Assembly: GCA_963422375.2 (NCBI GenBank) | Contig: OY729427.2 | Coordinates: 1,440,001-1,504,000, forward strand | Direction: 5' to 3' | From: Bryobacterales bacterium | GTDB taxonomy: Bacteria > Acidobacteriota > Terriglobia > Bryobacterales > UBA6623 | Length of the DNA stretch: 64,000 nucleotides | Part shown: piece by piece, positions 1 through 9,782 of the stretch | How positions within the stretch are numbered: the stretch's first letter is position 1 | Layout of the letters: the number at the start of each line of letters is the position of its first letter | Translations under genes and position numbers: made by a program | The notes under the pieces: generated by a model | The model's database searches: none | What the model was told of the DNA's origin: nothing | The model's input: only the letters and a program-made list of their open reading frames with translations

Positions 1-36
1 CGTGTACGGCTCCTAGGGCGGCACTTCGCTCCGGCC

Positions 37-1311
37 ATGCTCCGCGTCATCTCCAGCCGCAATCGGGAGGCCCTGACGGCCCTTCGACGGCGTCGCGCCA
101 GCCGTCTGTCCGATGCGGAGCGAGTCGTCGCGCCGATTCTCGAGGCGGTCCGGCGGCGCGGCGACGAGGCTCTCGTCGAGTTCGCGCGGGAGCTGGACGG
201 ACTCGAGCGCGAGTCCCCTCGAGTCCCCGCCGCGACGCTGCAGGAGGCCCGCCGGGGGCTGCGACCCCCTTTCGCCGACGCGGTGCGCTTCGCCGCCGCC
301 CGGATCCGAGCCTATGCCACGCGCCAGATGCCGGTCGAATGGATGGAGTCGTGGGAGCACGGCAGCCAGATCGGCCAGATCGTCCGGCCCCTGGACTCGA
401 TAGGAGCCTACATTCCGGGGGGGCGCTACCCGCTGCCATCGACGCTGATGATGACGGCCGTCCCAGCCCTGGCCGCGGGCGTGGCGCGCGTGGCGATCGC
501 GTCCCCGCGGCCGTCCGGCGAAACCCTCGGGACCGCTGCTCTGCTCGGGCTGGACGAGGTCTACGCCGTTGGGGGCGCCCAGGCTATCGCGGCTTTCGCC
601 TTCGGCACCGAGAGCGTCCCGCGGGTCGACCGGATCGTCGGACCCGGGAACGCCTACGTCGCGGCGGCCAAGAAGCTGCTGGCCGGGGAGGTCGGCATCG
701 ACTTCGTGGCAGGGCCCACGGAAATCGTGCTCGTGTTCGACCGAGGGGATGCGGGAGCGCTGGCCTCCGATATGCTGGCGCAGGCCGAGCACGACGTCGA
801 TGCCGCCGCCGTCCTGCTCACGCCCGCGGCCGACCTCGCCGCCGAGGTGGCCTCCGAGATCGAGCGCCAGCTGCCCGCGCTGCCGACGCGCGCCGTGGCG
901 GCCGAGGCGATCCGGCGCAACAGCGCCGCAGTCGTCACGAGCAGCCTCGAGGAGGCCTGCGACGTGGCCAACCTGTTCGCTCCCGAGCACCTCGCGGTGA
1001 GCGAGTCGGTGCCGCTCGCGGCGATCCGCAACGCCGGGAGCGTCTTCGTCGGACGCTGGAGCCCCGAGGCAGCGGGCGACTACGCCGCGGGGCCGAACCA
1101 CGTCCTGCCCACGGGCGGCGCGGCGCGCCTGCGCGGAGGCCTGTCCGCCGCGGATTTCGTCAAGGTCATCGCGGTGCAGAAGCTCTCGCGGGAAGGGCTG
1201 CAGGCGCTCGCCCCGGCCGTCACAACGCTCGCCCGGGCCGAGGGGCTGGAGGCGCACGCCCGGTCCGTCGAAATCCGCACCGGCCCGGCCGGTGGGGCCG
1301 GCCATGCCTAG
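37..1311 (+). CDS. hisD: Histidinol dehydrogenase
   Basis: Motifs GAYIPGG, GGAQAIAAFAFGTES, GPGNAYV, GIDFVAGPTE, AQAEHD, APEHL, GDYAAGPNHVLPT, EGLEAHA; first gene of the his cluster in this window. Confidence 0.97.
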   Translation: MLRVISSRNREALTALRRRRASRLSDAERVVAPILEAVRRRGDEALVEFARELDGLERESPRVPAATLQEARRGLRPPFADAVRFAAARIRAYATRQMPVEWMESWEHGSQIGQIVRPLDSIGAYIPGGRYPLPSTLMMTAVPALAAGVARVAIASPRPSGETLGTAALLGLDEVYAVGGAQAIAAFAFGTESVPRVDRIVGPGNAYVAAAKKLLAGEVGIDFVAGPTEIVLVFDRGDAGALASDMLAQAEHDVDAAAVLLTPAADLAAEVASEIERQLPALPTRAVAAEAIRRNSAAVVTSSLEEACDVANLFAPEHLAVSESVPLAAIRNAGSVFVGRWSPEAAGDYAAGPNHVLPTGGAARLRGGLSAADFVKVIAVQKLSREGLQALAPAVTTLARAEGLEAHARSVEIRTGPAGGAGHA

Positions 1312-2365
1312 CGCTCCCGCGCCGCGCGAAGCCGTTCGGCGCATGGCGCCCTACAGGCCGCCGCTCGAGGGCCGCGGCGACAAGCTGCGGCTCGACTTCA
1401 ACGAGAACGTCGAAGGCTGCTCGCCGAAGGTCCTGGACGTCCTCCGCGAGCACGCTCGAGGCGGCTTCCTGTCGACGTACCCGGAGTACGCCGAGGCCCG
1501 CCGAAGGCTCGGCGCCCATCTCGGCGTGGGCGAGGACCAAGTGACGATCGGGGCCGGCACGGACGAGGTCATCAGCGCCGTGCTGCACGCCTACGTTGAC
1601 GACGGCGACGAAGTAGTCATTCCCAAGCCCTCCTTCAGCATGCTCCGCTTCTACGCGGAACTCGTCGGAGGGACGTCCAAGCTCGTGCCGTACCTGTCGC
1701 CGGACCTGGCGTTTCCGGCGGACGAGATCGCGAGCGCCGTGGGACCGCGCACCCGCGCCGTGTGCATCGCGACACCGAATAACCCGACGGGGGGAGTGAT
1801 GACGGTGCCCCAGGCGGAGCGGATCCTGCGCGCCGCGGACGGGCGCGCCGTCCTAGTCGACGAGGCATACTTCGATTTCCACGGCGAGACCATGGCGGAT
1901 CTCCTGCCGCGCTGGCCCAACTTGTTCGTGTCCCGCACCTTCTCCAAGGCGTACGGCATGGCGGGCCTGCGCATCGGGGTGCTGGCGTCCCAGGCCCAGA
2001 ACATCGCGGTCGTGCGCAAGGGCCAGTCCCCGTACGGCGTCAGCTCGCTGGCAGTCCGCTGCGCGATCGCAGCGGTCGAGGACAGCGGGTACGTGCGCGG
2101 GTACGTGCGCCGGGTCCTGCGGGCTCGCGAATTCCTGTGCCAGGCGTTCGACGAGATGGGCATCCGCTACTGGCCGAGCCGCGGCAATTTCGTGCTCTTC
2201 GAGCTGGGCGACCGGGCGAGAAGCGCCTGCGCCGCCCTCGCCGCGCGAGGGGTCCTCATCCGCGACCAGTCGGCCCATCTGCCCGGCACGGCCCGCGTCA
2301 CAGTCGGCCCGCTGGAGGCGACCGTGCGCTTCCTGCAGGCATTCAAGGAGGTGACCGGGCGATGA
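1304..2365 (+). CDS. hisC: Histidinol-phosphate aminotransferase
   Basis: LRLDFNEN, PNNPTG, VDEAY, SRTFSKAYGMAGLRIG (PLP lysine); ATG at 1304 overlaps the hisD stop. Confidence 0.95.
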   Translation: MPSAPAPREAVRRMAPYRPPLEGRGDKLRLDFNENVEGCSPKVLDVLREHARGGFLSTYPEYAEARRRLGAHLGVGEDQVTIGAGTDEVISAVLHAYVDDGDEVVIPKPSFSMLRFYAELVGGTSKLVPYLSPDLAFPADEIASAVGPRTRAVCIATPNNPTGGVMTVPQAERILRAADGRAVLVDEAYFDFHGETMADLLPRWPNLFVSRTFSKAYGMAGLRIGVLASQAQNIAVVRKGQSPYGVSSLAVRCAIAAVEDSGYVRGYVRRVLRAREFLCQAFDEMGIRYWPSRGNFVLFELGDRARSACAALAARGVLIRDQSAHLPGTARVTVGPLEATVRFLQAFKEVTGR

Positions 2366-3039
2366 GAGCCGACATGCTTGTATTCGACATGGACGGCGTC
2401 CTCGTGGATCCGACCGAGACCTTCCGTAGAGCGCTGGTCGAGACGGTGCGCTACTTCGCCGGAGTGCGGCTGAGCCAGGACGACATCGTGCGCATCAAGA
2501 ACGGCGGCGGGTATAACGACGATTCCGACATCGCCATGTTCGCGATCCGCTCGGCCGGCGGCGCCGCCGAGCTGGACGAGGTGCGCGAGTTCGGGCACCG
2601 TCTGTACTGGGGCGAGGACGCGGACGGGCTGATTCGGAACGAGCGCTGGCTGGTGCGGCCGGGCGTGCTCGAGCGACTCGCCGCAAAGCGGCGCTTGGGC
2701 ATATTTACCGGGAGGGGCTCGAAGTCGGCGCGCCACACTCTAGGTCGCTTCTGCCCGGCGATCCGGTTCGACCCGGTGGTGACGAACGATCTCGTCGCGA
2801 GGCGCAAGCCGGCTCCCGACGGCCTGCGGTACGTTCAGCGGGCCGCGCCCGGCTCGGAAGTCGTGTTCGTCGGCGACAATGTGGACGACTGCCGGGCCGC
2901 GAACGGGGCCGGCGTCAGTTTCGTCGGCATCGCCTCCCCGGATACCCCCCGGCACGACGAGACCCGCGGCCTCTTCCGCCGGATGGGCGCGCTGCACGTG
3001 CTGGACAGCGTCAACGACCTAGAGGGAATCCTGGCATGA
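2362..3039 (+). CDS. HAD-superfamily hydrolase (subfamily IA), candidate histidinol-phosphate phosphatase
   Basis: [26 protein letters not shown] motifs; ATGA-coupled to hisC and to hisB. Confidence 0.85.
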   Translation: MRADMLVFDMDGVLVDPTETFRRALVETVRYFAGVRLSQDDIVRIKNGGGYNDDSDIAMFAIRSAGGAAELDEVREFGHRLYWGEDADGLIRNERWLVRPGVLERLAAKRRLGIFTGRGSKSARHTLGRFCPAIRFDPVVTNDLVARRKPAPDGLRYVQRAAPGSEVVFVGDNVDDCRAANGAGVSFVGIASPDTPRHDETRGLFRRMGALHVLDSVNDLEGILA

Positions 3040-3644
3040 GCGCCCGTCGTGCGGCGCATGTCGAGCGGAACACCCGCGAGACCCGCATCGCCGCCGAGCT
3101 GAACATCGACGGCGAGGGCCTCTACAACATCGGCACGGGCATCCGCTTCCTAGACCACATGCTGGAGACGTTCGCGCGACACGGGGCGTTCGACCTGACG
3201 CTGCAGGCCGAAGGCGACTTGGACGTCGACCAGCACCATACCGTCGAGGACTGCGGCATCGTCCTCGGCCAGGCGTTCGCCGCCGCGCTCGGCAGCAAGG
3301 AGGGGATCCTGCGGGCCGGGTATTTCCTCATGCCGATGGACGAGAGCCTCGCCGCGGCCGCCGTGGATCTGAGCGGCCGACCGGCCTTGGTGTACAGCGC
3401 GCCTAGCCCGTTCCAGATGGTCGGGGACCTCCAGGCCGAGCTGCTGCACGACTTCTTCGACGGCTTCGCGGTCCACTGCGGAGCCAACGTGCATCTCAGG
3501 GTGCTCTACGGCCGCTCGAGCCACCACCGCGTGGAAGCTCTGTTCAAGTGCTGGGCCAAGGCCATGCGCTTCGCCTGCAGCACCGACCCCCAGATGAGGG
3601 GCCGCCTGCCCAGTACGAAGGGGATCCTCGAGAGGGGCGCTTGA
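3036..3644 (+). CDS. hisB: Imidazoleglycerol-phosphate dehydratase (monofunctional)
   Basis: [44 protein letters not shown]. Confidence 0.96.
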   Translation: MSARRAAHVERNTRETRIAAELNIDGEGLYNIGTGIRFLDHMLETFARHGAFDLTLQAEGDLDVDQHHTVEDCGIVLGQAFAAALGSKEGILRAGYFLMPMDESLAAAAVDLSGRPALVYSAPSPFQMVGDLQAELLHDFFDGFAVHCGANVHLRVLYGRSSHHRVEALFKCWAKAMRFACSTDPQMRGRLPSTKGILERGA

Positions 3645-3645
3645 A

Positions 3646-4257
3646 GTGACCGCGGTATTCGACTACGGCGCCGGCAACCTGCGCTCGGTCTCCAATACGC
3701 TCGAAAGCGTCTCCGCCCCGTTCCGGATCGTCTCGGACGCCGCCGGGCTCGAGGCCGCCAGCCGCATCATCCTCCCGGGCGTCGGGCACTACGGCCAGCT
3801 GCTGCGGTCGCTGGACCGGCTGGGCGTCCGCGAGACGCTGGTCGAGCGAATCGCCGCGGGCGTGCCGTTCCTCGGCATCTGCTTGGGCCTGCAGGCTCTG
3901 TTCGAGAGCAGCGAGGAAGCGCCCGAGCGAGGCCTCGGAATCCTGCCGGGGCGCGTGACGCGCTTCCCGCAGGAAGCGCGCGTGCCCCAGATGGGCTGGA
4001 ACTGCCTCCAGCCCCAAGGGTCTCCGCGTCTCCTGCGAGGGACCGGAGCCAGCCCATACGTGTACTTCGCCAACAGCTTCTACGTGCCCGCGCCCGCAGC
4101 CGGAGCGGACGCCGCCGCCCTCTGCCGCTACGCCGGGCAGACGTTCTGCGCGGCCCTCGAGCGCGGCTGCATGTTCGGTGTCCAGTTCCACCCGGAGAAG
4201 TCCGGGCCGGTGGGCCAGCGCATCGTGCGGAACTTTCTCGGAGCCGGGCCTTGCTGA
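3646..4257 (+). CDS. hisH: Imidazole glycerol phosphate synthase, glutaminase subunit
   Basis: [38 protein letters not shown] start. Confidence 0.95.
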   Translation: MTAVFDYGAGNLRSVSNTLESVSAPFRIVSDAAGLEAASRIILPGVGHYGQLLRSLDRLGVRETLVERIAAGVPFLGICLGLQALFESSEEAPERGLGILPGRVTRFPQEARVPQMGWNCLQPQGSPRLLRGTGASPYVYFANSFYVPAPAAGADAAALCRYAGQTFCAALERGCMFGVQFHPEKSGPVGQRIVRNFLGAGPC

Positions 4258-5036
4258 CGAAGCGCATCATTCCGTGCCTGGACGTGACCGCCGGCCGCGT
4301 CGTCAAGGGCATCAATTTCGTCGGCCTGCGCGACGCGGGCGATCCCGTCGAGCTCAGTGAGCGCTACAACCGAGACGGCGCCGACGAACTCGTCTTTCTC
4401 GACATCACGGCTTCCAGCGACCATCGCGAGACGATGATCGACGTCGTCGAGCGCACCGCCCGCAAGGTCTTCATCCCGCTGACCGTGGGGGGCGGGATCC
4501 GCTCCGTGCACGATGCCCGGTCGATTCTCATGGCCGGGGCCGACAAGGTCTCGGTCAACACGGCGGCCGTGGAGCGCCCGGCCCTCGTCCGCGAGCTGTC
4601 CGAGGAATTCGGAGCGCAGGCCGTGGTGCTGGCGATCGACGCCCGGAGATCGGCGCCCGGACGCTGGAATGTGAACACCTACGGGGGGCGCAGGGACACC
4701 GGAGCGGACGCCGTGGCCTGGGCGCGCCAGGGAGAGGATCTCGGCGCGGGCGAGATCCTGCTGACGTCCATGGACGCCGACGGGACGCAGGACGGCTTCG
4801 ACTGCGAGCTGACGCGCGCCGTCGCCGCGGCCACACGGATCCCGGTGATCGCCAGCGGCGGCGGCGGCGGGCCCGGAGACTTCGTCCGGGTGCTCACGGA
4901 AGGCCGCGCGGACGCGGCCCTGGCGGCTTCGATCTTCCACTACGGCACTTATTCCTCCGACGCGCTCAAGCTGCTGCTGCGCGCGGAGGGCATCCCGGTG
5001 CGCCTGCTGGAGACGGAGGCGGCCGACCGGCCCTGA
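4251..5036 (+). CDS. hisF: Imidazole glycerol phosphate synthase, cyclase subunit
   Basis: [49 protein letters not shown] start. Confidence 0.97.
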   Translation: MLTKRIIPCLDVTAGRVVKGINFVGLRDAGDPVELSERYNRDGADELVFLDITASSDHRETMIDVVERTARKVFIPLTVGGGIRSVHDARSILMAGADKVSVNTAAVERPALVRELSEEFGAQAVVLAIDARRSAPGRWNVNTYGGRRDTGADAVAWARQGEDLGAGEILLTSMDADGTQDGFDCELTRAVAAATRIPVIASGGGGGPGDFVRVLTEGRADAALAASIFHYGTYSSDALKLLLRAEGIPVRLLETEAADRP

Positions 5037-5117
5037 CCGCGGCGAGCGCCCGCACCCTCGTCCCGTCCGGCGACGTTTCCCCCGCCAATAGCGCGGCCCG
5101 GGACTGCCGCGCCCACA

Positions 5118-5141
5118 ATACATAGCAATTCTATGTATAAT
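5118..5141 (+). promoter_or_regulatory. Putative PadR operator (perfect 8-bp inverted repeat) overlapping a TATAAT -10 box
   Basis: ATACATAG-caatt-CTATGTAT at 5118-5138; TATAAT at 5136-5141; AT-rich patch directly upstream of padR. Confidence 0.7.
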
Positions 5142-5197
5142 GGATCTAGGCATGGGGCCGCGGCGCGGCCCTGCCGAATTGGGAACGAATCCCGCCA

Positions 5198-5548
5198 ATG
5201 GACATCGGGAAGGACTTGGTGGCCGCGTCGTCGTCGCCGCTCGTGCTGGGCATCCTCGCCCAAGGCGAGAGCTACGGCTACGCCATCCTGAAGCGCGTGA
5301 GCGAACTGTCGGCAGGCAGGCTGCAGTGGAGCGACGGAATGCTCTACCCCGTGCTGCACCGGCTCGAGCGACTCGGTGAGATCGAGGGTCGCTGGGGCCG
5401 GGCCGACGGCGGCCGGCGACGGAAGTACTACCGGATCACCGAGCTGGGCCGACGGCGGCTCGCCGCGCGAAAGCGGGAATGGCAGGCCGTGGACGCGACG
5501 CTGCGGTCCATCTGGGAGTCGCAGCCCGAACCGAGCGGCGGGACGTAG
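5198..5548 (+). CDS. PadR-family transcriptional regulator
   Basis: SYGYAI, GMLYPVLHRLE, RRRKYYRITELG winged-helix motifs. Confidence 0.93.
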   Translation: MDIGKDLVAASSSPLVLGILAQGESYGYAILKRVSELSAGRLQWSDGMLYPVLHRLERLGEIEGRWGRADGGRRRKYYRITELGRRRLAARKREWQAVDATLRSIWESQPEPSGGT

Positions 5549-5566
5549 ATCCGAACGGAGGACACC

Positions 5567-6946
5567 ATGGACGACGCAACAAGCGGGCCCGGGCGGCAGG
5601 CGGAAGAGCACATTGCCGCGTGGCGAGGCTACCTGCGGAAACACCGGGCGATCGACGAGAACGACCGCGACGAGCTGGAAGACCACCTGCGCAGCCAGAT
5701 CGCGGCGCTGGCCGAAGCGGGCCTAGCCGGCGACGAGGCGTTCCTGGTGGCAATCAAGCGCGTCGGGGCGCTGGACGCCCTTACGCGGGAGTTCGCTCGG
5801 GAGCATTCCGAGCGCATGTGGAGGCACTTGGTGGCAGGCGGCGCCTCCGCGGCGGACGGCGGCCGCGCGGGCCGGGTGGAGGTGCTCGCGGCCTGCGGCC
5901 TGGCCGTCGCGGCCGCGCTCTCCGTCAAGGTGCCGTCGCTGTTCGGCGTGACCTTCACGGACGGCAACGAAGCGTTCTACGCCCGCAACGCCAGCTTCTT
6001 CGCCCTCCCCTTCGTCGCGGCCTTCCTAGCCTGGAAGCGGCGCGTCGCGCCCAAGAAGATGGCCCTGGCGGTCGCGCCCTTCGCGGCGATGGCCCTGGCC
6101 ATCAACGCCTACCCGTTCGCCGGGGACAGCGCGACGCTGCCGCTCGCCGCGCTGCACCTGCCGATCGCCCTGTGGCTCGTAGCGGGCTACTGCTACACCG
6201 GAGGGCGCTGGGAAAGCAGCGCCCGGCGCATGGATTTCGTGCGGTTCTCGGGCGAGCTGTTCATCTACTTCGTGCTGATCGCCCTGGGCGGAGGCGTGCT
6301 GACGGGCGTGACCCTGGCGCTGTTCTCCGCGATCGGCCTGAACGTGGAGTGGCTCGCGCAGCGCTGGCTGGTGCCCTGCGGCGCGGCCGGGGCCGTGGTC
6401 TTCGCCGCGTGGCTGGTCGAGGCGAAGCAGAGCGTCGTCGAGAACATGGCGCCGGTGCTGACGCGCCTGTTCACCCCGCTATTCGCGGCGGTCCTGCTCG
6501 CCTTCCTCGGAACGGCCGCCTGGGCCGGCGTCGGCTTCGACGTCGAGCGCGAGGCCCTGATCGCGTCCGACCTGCTGCTGGCTCTCGTGCTCGGCCTGCT
6601 GCTGTACGCCGTCTCGGCCCGCGACCCGCGGTCCGCGCCCGGCCTGTTCGATTGGCTGCAGCTGACCCTCGTATGGTGCGCACTGCTGGTGGACGCCGCG
6701 GCGCTGGCCGCGATCGGCGTCCGGATCTCCGAGTTCGGATTCAGCCCCAACAAGGCCGCGGCGCTCGGAGAGAACGTGGTCCTGCTCGTCAATCTGGCGT
6801 GGTCGGCCTGGCTATACCTCCGATTCCTGCGCGGCAGGGGACCGTTCGACGCTCTGGCAAGGTGGCAGACGACGTACCTGCCGGTGTACTCCGCATGGGC
6901 GGCCTTCGTGGTGGTCGCCTTCCCGCCACTGTTCGGATTCTCCTGA
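5567..6946 (+). CDS. Permease-prefix-domain integral membrane protein (typical PadR partner)
   Basis: N-terminal DELEDHLR...GL..DEAFLVAIKRVG..DALTREFAREH followed by many hydrophobic segments; GGAGG SD upstream. Confidence 0.85.
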   Translation: MDDATSGPGRQAEEHIAAWRGYLRKHRAIDENDRDELEDHLRSQIAALAEAGLAGDEAFLVAIKRVGALDALTREFAREHSERMWRHLVAGGASAADGGRAGRVEVLAACGLAVAAALSVKVPSLFGVTFTDGNEAFYARNASFFALPFVAAFLAWKRRVAPKKMALAVAPFAAMALAINAYPFAGDSATLPLAALHLPIALWLVAGYCYTGGRWESSARRMDFVRFSGELFIYFVLIALGGGVLTGVTLALFSAIGLNVEWLAQRWLVPCGAAGAVVFAAWLVEAKQSVVENMAPVLTRLFTPLFAAVLLAFLGTAAWAGVGFDVEREALIASDLLLALVLGLLLYAVSARDPRSAPGLFDWLQLTLVWCALLVDAAALAAIGVRISEFGFSPNKAAALGENVVLLVNLAWSAWLYLRFLRGRGPFDALARWQTTYLPVYSAWAAFVVVAFPPLFGFS

Positions 6947-6983
6947 GCGTCTGCCGGGACACCCGCCGGCGGCACCCGGTCGC

Positions 6984-6999
6984 GGGGGGGGGGGGGGGG
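6984..6999 (+). repeat. G16 homopolymer tract immediately upstream of a TAAGCT -10-like hexamer
   Basis: 16 consecutive G at 6984-6999, then TAAGCT at 7000-7005. Confidence 0.9.
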
Positions 7000-7047
7000 T
7001 AAGCTGGAGTCGTGCGGGGCGGCCTCCCGCGCCCCGCGAGCACCGCC

Positions 7048-7773
7048 GTGATCATCCCGTGCATCGACCTTATGGACGGCAAGGTCGTGCAGCTTGTCAG
7101 AGGCCGGGAAAAGGCCTTGGAGGGCGACTCGCCCGAAGCCATGCTCGAACGCTTCGCGGCTTTCCCGGTGATCCAGGTGATCGATCTCGACCAAGCGATC
7201 GGGCGCGGCTCGAATCTAGCCATCGTCAGGCGCATCGCCGGACGGACGCGCACGTGGGTGGGCGGCGGGGTCAGGAGCGCCGAGCGCGCCCGGGAGCTCG
7301 TGGACTGCGGCGCGGAGCGCGTGATCGTGGGCACGGCGGCCGTAGCGGCCGACGGACCCGACACCGCCTTCCTCGAGCGGCTCGATGCGGCCGTTGGCGC
7401 GCGCAAGGTCACGGTCGCGCTGGATTCGACGGGCGGCCGGGTCGCGGTGAAAGGCTGGCGCGAGTCGACCCGGCTGGCCGCCGAGAACGTGATCGCCCGC
7501 TTCGAGCCGCACTGCGGAGCTTTCCTCTGCACCTGCATCGACAAGGAGGGCACGATGGAGGGCACGGACATGGCCTGGTACCGTCGGCTGCGAGCGGCGA
7601 CGGATCGCGAGATCACGGCGGCCGGCGGCATCGCCACGCTAGGCGAGATCCGCGATCTCGCCGGGATCGGCATGCACGTCGCCCTAGGCATGGCCGTCTA
7701 TACCGGGCGCCTCGACCTCGGCGCGCTCGCCGCCCTGCAGACCCACGAGGAATCCCGTGGCCGACTGTCGTAA
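7048..7773 (+). CDS. hisA: HisA (ProFAR isomerase) family TIM barrel
   Basis: IIPCIDLMDGKVVQLVRG, VIDLD, VGGGVRS, VAVKGW, IDKEGTMEG, AAGGI; start may be GTG 7048 or GTG 7012. Confidence 0.85.
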   Translation: MIIPCIDLMDGKVVQLVRGREKALEGDSPEAMLERFAAFPVIQVIDLDQAIGRGSNLAIVRRIAGRTRTWVGGGVRSAERARELVDCGAERVIVGTAAVAADGPDTAFLERLDAAVGARKVTVALDSTGGRVAVKGWRESTRLAAENVIARFEPHCGAFLCTCIDKEGTMEGTDMAWYRRLRAATDREITAAGGIATLGEIRDLAGIGMHVALGMAVYTGRLDLGALAALQTHEESRGRLS

Positions 7774-7846
7774 CCTGAACTGCTGCGGACTCGCCTAAGT
7801 GTCTGAAACATGGCTCACAGGTGTCGCCAGTCGTGGCCGCCCCTGA

Positions 7847-8464
7847 ATGCTGGTCGATCCCGAGACAATCGTGAGGGCCCAGTCCGGCGACGACGAAGCC
7901 TTCAGCGAGATCATCCGGACGTACCGCAAGAGAATTCTCGGCACGGTATACCGGACGATCAGTCGCGTGGACGACGTGGAGGATGTCGGACAGGAAGTCT
8001 TCGTGCGACTGCACGACTCCCTCCGGCAGCTCAGGACGCCGCAGGTTTTCGAGCCTTGGCTGTACCGCCTGACGATCAACGCCTGCTACGACTACCTGCG
8101 TCGCAAACGCAGGGAGATCGATGTCAGGATGGCGGATCTCAGCGAGGAGCAGGTGGTCGCGGTGGACGCGGCGCTGAGCGGCAAGAAAGCACTGGAGGAG
8201 AGCAAGAAGGAAGGTGCCCGCGAGCTGCTGGAGATTCTGATGAGCAGGATTTCGGCGGCGGACCGAGGGCTGCTGGTCCTTAAGGAGATCGAGGGCCTGA
8301 CACTGAAGGAGCTCAGCGTGGTGTACAGGGTCAACACGAACGCGCTCAAGGTGAGGCTGTTCCGCGCCCGCAAGCGGGCGCTGAAGGCCTACGAGGAACT
8401 GACCGAGGAAGCCAGGATTCGGACGCGGGGAGAGGACGATGCAAGTCAAGCGAGCGAAATTTGA
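7847..8464 (+). CDS. ECF RNA polymerase sigma-70 factor
   Basis: DVEDVGQEVF, FEPWLYRLTINACYDYLRR (region 2), LKVRLFRAR (region 4). Confidence 0.93.
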   Translation: MLVDPETIVRAQSGDDEAFSEIIRTYRKRILGTVYRTISRVDDVEDVGQEVFVRLHDSLRQLRTPQVFEPWLYRLTINACYDYLRRKRREIDVRMADLSEEQVVAVDAALSGKKALEESKKEGARELLEILMSRISAADRGLLVLKEIEGLTLKELSVVYRVNTNALKVRLFRARKRALKAYEELTEEARIRTRGEDDASQASEI

Positions 8465-8756
8465 CGAATTCTGCGGCCGCCTGTTCGCGATTCACCGCGA
8501 CCTGCTCGGCGACTTCGAGCCCAGCCCGGCCTTCAGCGCGAAGGTGTGGGCGCGCATCGAGGCCCGAAGGCGGGCGGGAGCCGAGGACATGGACTTCTGG
8601 ACGGCCTGTCTGACGGAGTGGTCGCGGTGGTTCGTACGCGTCGCCATGGTGGCAGCTGCGCTAGCGCTCTGGCTGCCGTTCGCTAACGATGCCGGGCCAG
8701 GCGTGCTGGAAACCAGCTACGTGGACGTGCTCATCCAGGACGAACTCGACCAGTGA
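8439..8756 (+). CDS. Putative single-pass anti-sigma factor
   Basis: Overlaps sigma gene; PSPAFSAKVWARI motif followed by one TM segment; GAGGA SD. Confidence 0.65.
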   Translation: MQVKRAKFDEFCGRLFAIHRDLLGDFEPSPAFSAKVWARIEARRRAGAEDMDFWTACLTEWSRWFVRVAMVAAALALWLPFANDAGPGVLETSYVDVLIQDELDQ

Positions 8757-9160
8757 CGTTCGGAGGGACTAGGACGAAGGCGATCCTGGCCTTGGTCGCG
8801 GTGTTCGCAGCCGGGGTGGTCATGGGCGCCGTCGGGCACCGCACCCTCCATCGCGGCGGCCCCATGCCTCCCGACGAGTTCCGGAAGCGCCTGCTGGACG
8901 GCCTCACCCAGGACCTCGGGCTGGACGAACGCCAGAGGGTCGGCGTCGACGAGGTCCTGACTCAGACGGCAAGCCGTTTCGAGTCCGTGCGCGAGGCGCT
9001 CGGGCCCGAGCTGGAGGCGATCCGAGCCGAGCGAGCCGAGCGGATCATGGTCCTGCTCAATGCGCCCCAGCAGGCCAAGTACGAGGAGATCATCAAGAAG
9101 CGCAGGCGCAGGCGCGGCGACCAAAGCGGTCGGGCCTTCCGAGACTTGAGACGCCGCTAG
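8753..9160 (+). CDS. Membrane-anchored helical periplasmic protein (Spy/CpxP-like), third gene of the ECF triad
   Basis: N-terminal TM (LVAVFAAGVVMG), LGLDERQ and LLNAPQQAKY LTxxQ-like motifs; GTGA overlap. Confidence 0.7.
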   Translation: MTFGGTRTKAILALVAVFAAGVVMGAVGHRTLHRGGPMPPDEFRKRLLDGLTQDLGLDERQRVGVDEVLTQTASRFESVREALGPELEAIRAERAERIMVLLNAPQQAKYEEIIKKRRRRRGDQSGRAFRDLRRR

Positions 9161-9327
9161 GCCAGTTGATTCGCAAGCGGACAGCCACCATCCAAGGGGG
9201 CGGCGCGCTCGCAGGTCACGGCGGAGTCGCATAGGGACGGGTGCGGGCCCGTGTCTAGGTGATACGTCCAAGCCAGGCCCCGGTCACGCGCCGAGCCCGG
9301 GCGCGGCCCCGCCGGCGAGCGGGCCAC

Positions 9328-9777
9328 TCACGACGAACCCGGGCGGGCGGGCCGACGCGCCAGCGCGAGGCACTTGCGCAGGATCTCGCGCTCCGAGTCG
9401 TACGTGAGCGCGAGAAGGGCCGCTTCCGGCTCGAGCCAGGACAGAGCCCGCACCTCCGGCGAGGGCCGGAAGCGCCGCTCGCGCGTGGCCTGCAGCTCGA
9501 AGTAGACGACTGCCTTGGGCCTCGTGCCGACGTAATAGAGGGCCAGTCCGCCGAATCCGACGATCCGCGCCTCGCAGCAGGTCTCTTCCAGAACTTCCCG
9601 CAGCGCCGCCTCTTCCCATGCCTCGCCGTCGTCGAGCTTGCCCTTCGGCAGGGAGCACTCGCCGCTCGAGTGCCGGTCCCGCATGACGACTGCCACCTCG
9701 GCGCGCTCGCCGCCGCGCCACACGACGCCTCCGGCCGCCCGGACGAAGGCAGGGCGCGCCGCCTCGGCCGCTGCCAT
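9328..9777 (-). CDS. NUDIX hydrolase
   Basis: VRAAGGVVWR; LPKGKLDDGEAWEEAALREVLEET Nudix box; ATG at 9777 just downstream of the gpmI stop. Confidence 0.9.
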   Translation of the reverse strand: MAAAEAARPAFVRAAGGVVWRGGERAEVAVVMRDRHSSGECSLPKGKLDDGEAWEEAALREVLEETCCEARIVGFGGLALYYVGTRPKAVVYFELQATRERRFRPSPEVRALSWLEPEAALLALTYDSEREILRKCLALARRPARPGSS

Positions 9778-9782
9778 TCCCG

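Noticed and set aside
7770..7806. Possible ECF autoregulatory promoter (GAACT...GTCTGA)
   Set aside because: The spacer is 2-3 nt longer than the usual sigmaE-type spacing; too weak to call.
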